From Desulfobacterales bacterium (GTDB lineage Bacteria > Desulfobacterota > Desulfobacteria > Desulfobacterales > UBA5852), in NCBI GenBank assembly GCA_963674755.2, contig CAXXVS010000002.1, positions 2,336,001-2,400,000 of the forward strand: 64,000 nucleotides of DNA, written 5' to 3'. The position numbers were made by a program, and so were the translations under genes. The notes under the pieces were generated by a model. It did not search any database and was not told the DNA's origin. It saw only the letters and a list, made by a program, of their open reading frames with translations. Each line of letters opens with the position of its first letter. Position 1 is the first letter of the stretch. Positions 58,232 to 64,000 of this stretch are shown one piece after another.

Positions 58232-58987
58232 CTACCACCACCGGATCAAATCCGTCACCCGTTTGCGTATGGCAACGAAGTCGGGATCGATCAGGTTCCG
58301 CGGTCGTGGGAGATCCACGGTGATTTCTTCTTTGATATTTGTGGGCTTGTTGCTGAGTACGAGGATCCGCTCGGCCACGTAAACGGCCTCCTCAATATTG
58401 TGGGTCACAAAAATGACCGTGCTCCCCAGGGTTTCCCAGAGTTTGACCAATTCATCTTCCAGGTAGAACCGCAGCTTGACATCCAGTTGGCCGTAAGGCT
58501 CGTCCATCAGCAGCAAATCGGGATTCACGGCAAAGGCCCGGGCTACGGTGATGCGCTGCACCATGCTGGCGGAGACCTGATTCGGATAGAGATCCGCCGT
58601 ATCCTTCAGACCCACCAGCTTGAGCATGTATTCCACTCGCTCTTCGATTTGGCCTTTGGGATAACGCTTGACCTCCATGCCGTAGGCGACATTTTCCTTG
58701 ACGGTGCGCCAGGGAAGGCAGGTGGGCTCCTGGAAGACAAAGGAAATGTTGTGGCGCTTCGGGTCGGCGACCTCGCCGTCGATGAAGATATTGCCGTCGG
58801 AAGTGGGCATGAGCTTGGAGAGGCAGTTGAGGAATGTGGTCTTGCCGCATCCCGTCGGACCGACGATGGCCAGGAACTCTCCCTTTTTAACATTGAAATT
58901 GATGTCGTCCAGCACCACGAGATCGCCGAACTTCTTGGTCAGATGCTTGACTTCGATTTTAACGCTGCGTCCGTCTTGATTTCCCAC
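58232..58987 (-). CDS. ABC ATPase (TauB-like) 1 with degenerate signature
   Basis: GPTGCGKT; signature VSASMVQR instead of LSGGM; MDEPYG, VTH. Confidence 0.88.
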   Translation of the reverse strand: MGNQDGRSVKIEVKHLTKKFGDLVVLDDINFNVKKGEFLAIVGPTGCGKTTFLNCLSKLMPTSDGNIFIDGEVADPKRHNISFVFQEPTCLPWRTVKENVAYGMEVKRYPKGQIEERVEYMLKLVGLKDTADLYPNQVSASMVQRITVARAFAVNPDLLLMDEPYGQLDVKLRFYLEDELVKLWETLGSTVIFVTHNIEEAVYVAERILVLSNKPTNIKEEITVDLPRPRNLIDPDFVAIRKRVTDLIRWW

Positions 58988-59040
58988 GTGTCCCCCGTCG
59001 AACCTCATGTTTGTGATGAAAGGCCGCCACCGGATTCCGG

Positions 59041-59526
59041 TTAGGCTGTCTTTCCGTTGTGCACCATGAGCACCGAACATGGTGCATGGTGCACGACATG
59101 GTGGGTCACACTTCCCAGAAGACGATCCGCGAATTCCCCCCGGCGCGTCAGGCCAAGGACGATCACATCCGCCCCCCAGTGCGCGGCCGCCCGGCAAATC
59201 TCCGGTCCGGCTTTGCCGACTTCCGCCACCACTTCGACTTCCTGGCCCTGCTGCCGGGCCGTATGGGCCAGGCTTTCGAGCCAGGCCCGGCTGTGGTCCA
59301 GCTCTGTTCCCTGGAAACGGTCGCGGGCGGACAGGGACGAAGATGAATCCAACCCGTCCATAGCGGCTACCCGATCGTCCAACTCGGCGGCGGTGGAGGG
59401 TTTCAGGCATCCCAGGATCATCAGCCGTCCTCTCTGCTCGGCCACAAGGCCCAGCGCCCGTTCAAAGATCTGCGTCTGGCCTTCACCGGCCGGGTTAACC
59501 GCGACCAGCACCTTGCGAAAATGCAT
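59041..59526 (-). CDS. Universal stress protein
   Basis: KVLVAV, ADVIVLG, LLGSVTHHVVHHAPCSVL. Confidence 0.9.
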   Translation of the reverse strand: MHFRKVLVAVNPAGEGQTQIFERALGLVAEQRGRLMILGCLKPSTAAELDDRVAAMDGLDSSSSLSARDRFQGTELDHSRAWLESLAHTARQQGQEVEVVAEVGKAGPEICRAAAHWGADVIVLGLTRRGEFADRLLGSVTHHVVHHAPCSVLMVHNGKTA

Positions 59527-59611
59527 CGTTCTTCTACCTCCCGTCAGATAACGCGCGCCGTTTTGAGTAAACACGGTGTGCCCCGATCACCGCCCGCACC
59601 GCCCTGGGAAT

Positions 59612-61156
59612 CTATGAGGCGACGCAACTCCTAACCTTCGGCTGGCCACTCTGCGGCGTCGGCAGGCCTCCCTTGTCCGCGGCAAGATAGCGGCCGCTGG
59701 GGGGGGCATAACGAATCGTGGCGACCTTGTTCTGGGTGAAGAAGTCAATGCCGTCCTTGCCCTGGACTTTATCCGTACCCAGATGGGAGTCCTTGATCCC
59801 CCCGAAAGGCAGATAGGGATGCGGCGCACAGATACCCACATTGACCCCCACCATGCCAACGTCGGCCTCGGAGATGAATTGCTCCGTATAATACTGATTC
59901 TGGGTGAAAATGCAGGCCCCATTGCCGAACTCCTGGGCTCGGATCAATTGCAGGGCATCGTCCAGGCCGCTTATTTTGACCACGGAGACCACCGGGCCGA
60001 AGATTTCCTCCTTGGCGATCTGCATGCAAGGGGTTACATCGGTAAAAATCGTCGGCCCGACATAATAGCCGTCAGGGTCTTTGACGTCAGGACGGCGTCC
60101 GTCCAGAAGCAACTTGGCACCGCCCTTCAGACCGATTTCAATGTAGTCCTCGATGCGCTTCTTGGCAGCTGCCGAAATGACCGGGCCCATGTAGACTTCC
60201 GGGTCCATGGCATTGCCGACCTTCACCGTTTGGGAAACCGCCAGCATCTTCTCGACGAAGCTGTCATAGATTTCCGGCACCAGCGCTACGATGGAGCCGG
60301 CCAGGCAGCGCTGCCCCGCCGAACCGTAGCAGGAGTGCAGGAAATTATCGATAAAGATGTCGGGATCGGCATCTTCCATAGCCACCAGGTAGTTTTTGGC
60401 GCCTCCCAGCAGCATGGTGCGCTTCCCGCCCCGCCCGCAGCCTTCGGCAATCTTCTTTGCGGTCGGTGTCGATCCCACCAGGCAGACACCGGAAATTTTG
60501 GGATTTTCATACCAGGATTCAGGTACGCTGCGGTTGCCGTGAATGATATTGACAACCCCCTTGGGCAGGCCGATATCGTTGAAGATCTCACCGATGCCCT
60601 GCATGAAAAGCGGTGACTGGGTTGACGGCTTGAAGATAAAGGTATTGCCGACCCCGATGGCGTAGGGGACGAACCAGCCGAAGACAAGGGCCGGGAAATT
60701 GAAGGGCGCCACTCCGCCGAACACCCCCAGAGGTTGTTTGATGACCCGGCCGTTGATGTTGCCGGCAATGCCCTCCAGGGTTTCCCCCTGGATCAGGGTG
60801 GGGATGCTGCAAGCCGCTTCCAGGATCTGCACCACCCGCAAAACTTCCCCCCGGGCTTCGCTGATGTGTTTGGCCTGGTCGACGGCGATGGCTACGGCCA
60901 GCTCTTCCTGTCGATCCAGCATGGCCTGGCGCATATCGAAAAGATACCCCACGCGCTTGCCGACGTTAGCCCGTCGCCACCCCTCGTAGGCGGCATGGGC
61001 GGATTCCACGGCGGCGGCCGATGTTTCCGGCGTCGAAAGCGGCACCTCACCGATGACCTCCCCCGTGGAAGGGTTGTAAAGGGGTACGTAGCTCGCCGCT
61101 GTATCTTCAACCCATTGACCATCTATAAAATTCTTAATGCGGGTGAAATCTGCCAT
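59612..61156 (-). CDS. CoA-acylating aldehyde dehydrogenase, methylmalonate-semialdehyde dehydrogenase family
   Basis: PFNFP, GSTP, LGGAKN (no general-base Glu), GSAGQRCLA, EEIFGPV, GMVGVNV. Confidence 0.85.
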   Translation of the reverse strand: MADFTRIKNFIDGQWVEDTAASYVPLYNPSTGEVIGEVPLSTPETSAAAVESAHAAYEGWRRANVGKRVGYLFDMRQAMLDRQEELAVAIAVDQAKHISEARGEVLRVVQILEAACSIPTLIQGETLEGIAGNINGRVIKQPLGVFGGVAPFNFPALVFGWFVPYAIGVGNTFIFKPSTQSPLFMQGIGEIFNDIGLPKGVVNIIHGNRSVPESWYENPKISGVCLVGSTPTAKKIAEGCGRGGKRTMLLGGAKNYLVAMEDADPDIFIDNFLHSCYGSAGQRCLAGSIVALVPEIYDSFVEKMLAVSQTVKVGNAMDPEVYMGPVISAAAKKRIEDYIEIGLKGGAKLLLDGRRPDVKDPDGYYVGPTIFTDVTPCMQIAKEEIFGPVVSVVKISGLDDALQLIRAQEFGNGACIFTQNQYYTEQFISEADVGMVGVNVGICAPHPYLPFGGIKDSHLGTDKVQGKDGIDFFTQNKVATIRYAPPSGRYLAADKGGLPTPQSGQPKVRSCVAS

Positions 61157-61309
61157 GGTATTCTCCTGCGCTTGCGTCTCGCGTATGAAAGCTGTTTTCT
61201 CCGCCGGCGAACGCCTCCCGGCGGATCTCCCCATCTCATCCGCGAAGGGGAGAACGCTGCCGGCGATCCTCCCCGTTCCGCGGTGTGTCATTCAGGTCGG
61301 CCTAGTTGC

Positions 61310-63097
61310 CTAAACCCCTTCTTGGGGGCGCATATCGGCCTTATCGATACCGGCTACGGCCACCGGCTTTTTCATGGCATCGCGCCGGAAGGGTTCGCCC
61401 AGTTCCTGATTGTTCAAGACCTCGATGAAGGTGGTCTTGCCCTCTTCCATCTGGCCCTTGACGGCCGCCGCCAACTTGGCGGTAAGATCCTCCGGTGTTT
61501 TCACCTGAACGCCCTCCATGCCGCAGGCTTTGGCAATGCCGGCATAGGAGACACCGGTATCCAGTTCGGTGCCCACGAAGTTGTCGTCATACCAAAGCGT
61601 CGAGTTGCGCTTTTCCGCGCCCCACTGGTAGTTCCGGAAAATGACCATGGTGATGGCGGGCCATTCGGCACGGCCGCAGGCCGCCATCTCATTCATGGAG
61701 ATGCCGAAGGCCCCGTCACCGGCAAACCCCACCACCGGAACGTCCGGCTTGGCGATCTTGGCGCCCAGGATGGCCGGGAAACCGTAGCCGCAGGGCCCGA
61801 ACATGCCCGGCGCCAGGTATTTGCGCCCCGCTTCGAAGGTCGGATAGGCATTGCCGATGGCGCAATTGTTGCCGATATCCGAAGAGATAATGGCCTCCTT
61901 GGGCAGGGCTTTGATGATGGCGCGCCAGGCCATGCGGGCGGTCATCTTATCCGGCTCATTGCTTTGGGCGCGCTGGTTCCAAGTGGTGCCGGGATCGTCG
62001 GCTTCGTGATCCATGGCGGCCAGCTCTTTATCCCAATCGGTTTTGGTCTGGGCGATAAGGGCCTTGCGTTCTTCGCGGCCGTCGTCCCCCGCCGTGGCGG
62101 CAAGCCGGGCCAGAAGGGCGTTGGCGACTTTCTTGACGTCACCGGCGATGCCCACGGTGACCGATTTGGTCAGACCGATGCGGTTGGGGTTGATATCCAC
62201 CTGGATGATGGCCGCCTTGGCGGGCCAGTAGTCGATGCCGTAGCCCGGCAAGGTGGAAAAAGGATTCAAGCGGGTACCCAGCGCCAGGACCACATCCGCC
62301 TTGGCAATCAGCTGCATGCCGGCCTTGGAGCCGTTGTAGCCCAGGGGGCCCGCAAACAGGGGATGGCTGCCCGGGAAGGCGTCGTTGTGCTGATAGCCGC
62401 AGCAGACCGGGGCGTCCAAGCGCTCGGCCAAAGCGATGCTGTCCGGAATCGCACCGCCGATGACGACACCGCCGCCGTTCAGAATCACCGGGAATTTCGC
62501 CTTGGAAAGCAGATCGGCCGCACGGGCAATGGCTTCCTCGCCCCCTGCGGGACGCTCGAATTCAACAATCGCCGGCAACTCGATTTCGATCACCTGGGTC
62601 CAGAAATCGCGGGGCACATTGATCTGGGCCGGCGCGGAGGCCCGCTTGGCCTGCAGGATCACCCGGTTGAGGACCTCGGCGATACGCGTCGGGTGCCGCA
62701 CTTCTTCCTGATAGGCCACCATTTCCTCGAAGACAGCCATCTGGGGAACTTCCTGGAATCCGCCCTGCCCCATGGTCATGTTGGCGGCTTGCGCCGTGAC
62801 CAGCAAGAGCGGGGTGTGATTCCAGTAGGCGGTCTTGACCGGGGTTACGAAATTGGTGATGCCGGGACCGTTCTGGGCGATCATCATGGACATCTTGCCG
62901 GAGGCACGGGTAAACCCATCGGCCATCATGCCGGCGTTGCCTTCATGGCCCACATCCCAAAACGTGATGCCTGCCTTGGGGAACAGGTCGGAAATCGGCA
63001 TAAAGGCCGATCCGATGATGCCGAAGGCGTGCTCGATGCCGTGCATTTGAAGGACTTTGATAAAGGCCTCTTCGGTTGTCATTTTAATCTTGCTCAT
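61310..63097 (-). CDS. xsc: Sulfoacetaldehyde acetyltransferase (ThDP)
   Basis: KMTTEEAF, FGIIGSA, AQNGPG, SSDIGNNC, GDGAFG...NYQWGAEKRN, GEPFRRDAM. Confidence 0.94.
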   Translation of the reverse strand: MSKIKMTTEEAFIKVLQMHGIEHAFGIIGSAFMPISDLFPKAGITFWDVGHEGNAGMMADGFTRASGKMSMMIAQNGPGITNFVTPVKTAYWNHTPLLLVTAQAANMTMGQGGFQEVPQMAVFEEMVAYQEEVRHPTRIAEVLNRVILQAKRASAPAQINVPRDFWTQVIEIELPAIVEFERPAGGEEAIARAADLLSKAKFPVILNGGGVVIGGAIPDSIALAERLDAPVCCGYQHNDAFPGSHPLFAGPLGYNGSKAGMQLIAKADVVLALGTRLNPFSTLPGYGIDYWPAKAAIIQVDINPNRIGLTKSVTVGIAGDVKKVANALLARLAATAGDDGREERKALIAQTKTDWDKELAAMDHEADDPGTTWNQRAQSNEPDKMTARMAWRAIIKALPKEAIISSDIGNNCAIGNAYPTFEAGRKYLAPGMFGPCGYGFPAILGAKIAKPDVPVVGFAGDGAFGISMNEMAACGRAEWPAITMVIFRNYQWGAEKRNSTLWYDDNFVGTELDTGVSYAGIAKACGMEGVQVKTPEDLTAKLAAAVKGQMEEGKTTFIEVLNNQELGEPFRRDAMKKPVAVAGIDKADMRPQEGV

Positions 63098-63216
63098 AAT
63101 GGCTGTTCCTCCTTGAAAATCGGGACGGATCCCTTGGGATGGATTATGGGGGAAGGTTTTTTAAAAATCGTGGTCATGGGGCCACCGATCATGGCAGGCG
63201 ATCGTTGAAACTTAAT

Positions 63217-63249
63217 GTCTGATACATCAGACTTCAGAACATTTGTCAA
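63217..63249 (-). promoter_or_regulatory. xsc promoter: TTGACA -35 and palindromic operator
   Basis: GTCTGAT-AC-ATCAGAC at 63217-63232; TTGACA on minus strand at 63244-63249. Confidence 0.7.
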
Positions 63250-63377
63250 GCTGAACTTTGTCCCGCGGTACCTTCCCTTCGACAACAGGGCCCACAGCCC
63301 CGAAACCGTGCTATAGGTCAATCATGTCGGATCGAAAAACGATGGAGTAAGGTCGAAAAAGAGCCGTTTAGAAGAAA

Positions 63378-64000
63378 TTATCGAATAAGGCCGATCTGCT
63401 TGCCATTCGATTCCGCTTCACGTCGATGGAAGGTGCGGATGTAGTCCTCCTGGACGCTAAACGACCAATGCACATCCCGCAATAGACGCACGGCTTCGTC
63501 CCTGTCCCCCATTTTGATGGCGTCGATAAACCGATCGTGCTCATCGGTGTTGCGCAATTCCCATTCCTTGACGTAGGGCCGCCGTTGAAAATCGTAAAGA
63601 CGCCTTTTGAGCGGCATCAGGATCGGCTGTATGGTCCGGTTGTCGGAAAGGTTCAGAAAAACGTCGTGAAAGCGGATGTTCATCTTGTAGTAGAGGTCGA
63701 ATTCTTCACGCTGGATCGCCCCCCGCATTTCGGAATTGAGCTGGCGCAGGACGGCGATGTGGCTGCCGTTGAACTGGTCGAAAATCGCCTTGACGACATC
63801 CCCCTCCAGGGCACCGCAAATCTGGTAAAAGTCTTTTACATCCTGAAGTGTGAGGGCGTTCACGACGACCCCCCGGCGTGGCATGATCGTCACAAAGCCT
63901 TCCACCTCCAGGCGGATGAGAGCGTCTCTCAGGGGGGTTTTGCTGATCCCCAGATGATCGCTGATCTGATTGAGATTGAGAGTCGTGTTGGGCAGGATGT
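63378..64000 (-). CDS. GntR/FadR-family regulator (5' end beyond window)
   Basis: Frame open to the window edge: ISDHLGISKTPLRDALIRLEVEGFV; FCD motifs NIRFH, DEHDRF. Confidence 0.92.
   Translation of the reverse strand, partial: ILPNTTLNLNQISDHLGISKTPLRDALIRLEVEGFVTIMPRRGVVVNALTLQDVKDFYQICGALEGDVVKAIFDQFNGSHIAVLRQLNSEMRGAIQREEFDLYYKMNIRFHDVFLNLSDNRTIQPILMPLKRRLYDFQRRPYVKEWELRNTDEHDRFIDAIKMGDRDEAVRLLRDVHWSFSVQEDYIRTFHRREAESNGKQIGLIR

Noticed and set aside
4812..63208. Long antisense or overlapping ORFs (e.g. 4812-6893, 9220-11646, 11897-14260, 36538-40326, 60734-63208)
   Set aside because: Shadows of GC-rich genes on the opposite strand, with no recognisable motifs
1..64000. tRNA, rRNA, reverse transcriptase, cas or prophage genes
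   Set aside because: None recognised by eye

Overview
GC-rich chromosomal window, probably from a sulfate-reducing Desulfobacterota (Desulfobacterales-like; inferred from gene content and protein families), with two AT-rich accessory islands. (1) 1-4.5 kb: an integron whose integrase is co-oriented with, and upstream of, its cassette array. It has 3 attC sites and a frameshifted ATPase-TOPRIM (OLD-like) first cassette. (2) 24.5-29.7 kb: a second array with no integrase, pointing the opposite way. It has its own attI-like site, a promoter and 3 attC sites, is preceded by an IS200/IS605 element and is interrupted by an IS21 element with a 5-bp target duplication. The backbone carries lgt, an NMT1-type ABC transporter, hldD, a 31-aa ribosomal protein bTHX missed by the ORF track, larE, an H1-like/charged-repeat membrane protein, an RND pump, an acyl-CoA ligase, serC and hisD. 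A W/Mo neighbourhood holds a single-gene Mo-storage-protein (MoSto) homologue, tupABC with a TiaS-like gene, moeA and mobA. A taurine-desulfonation cluster holds GntR, xsc, a CoA-acylating ALDH, USP, a 5-gene ABC transporter, tpa, ald and EamA. Three copies of a palindromic MITE-like repeat are also present. Best leads: the satellite array, the lone MoSto-like gene with the TiaS-like tup gene, and the MMSDH-type dehydrogenase in the xsc operon. All protein assignments are from motif recognition; no searches were run.
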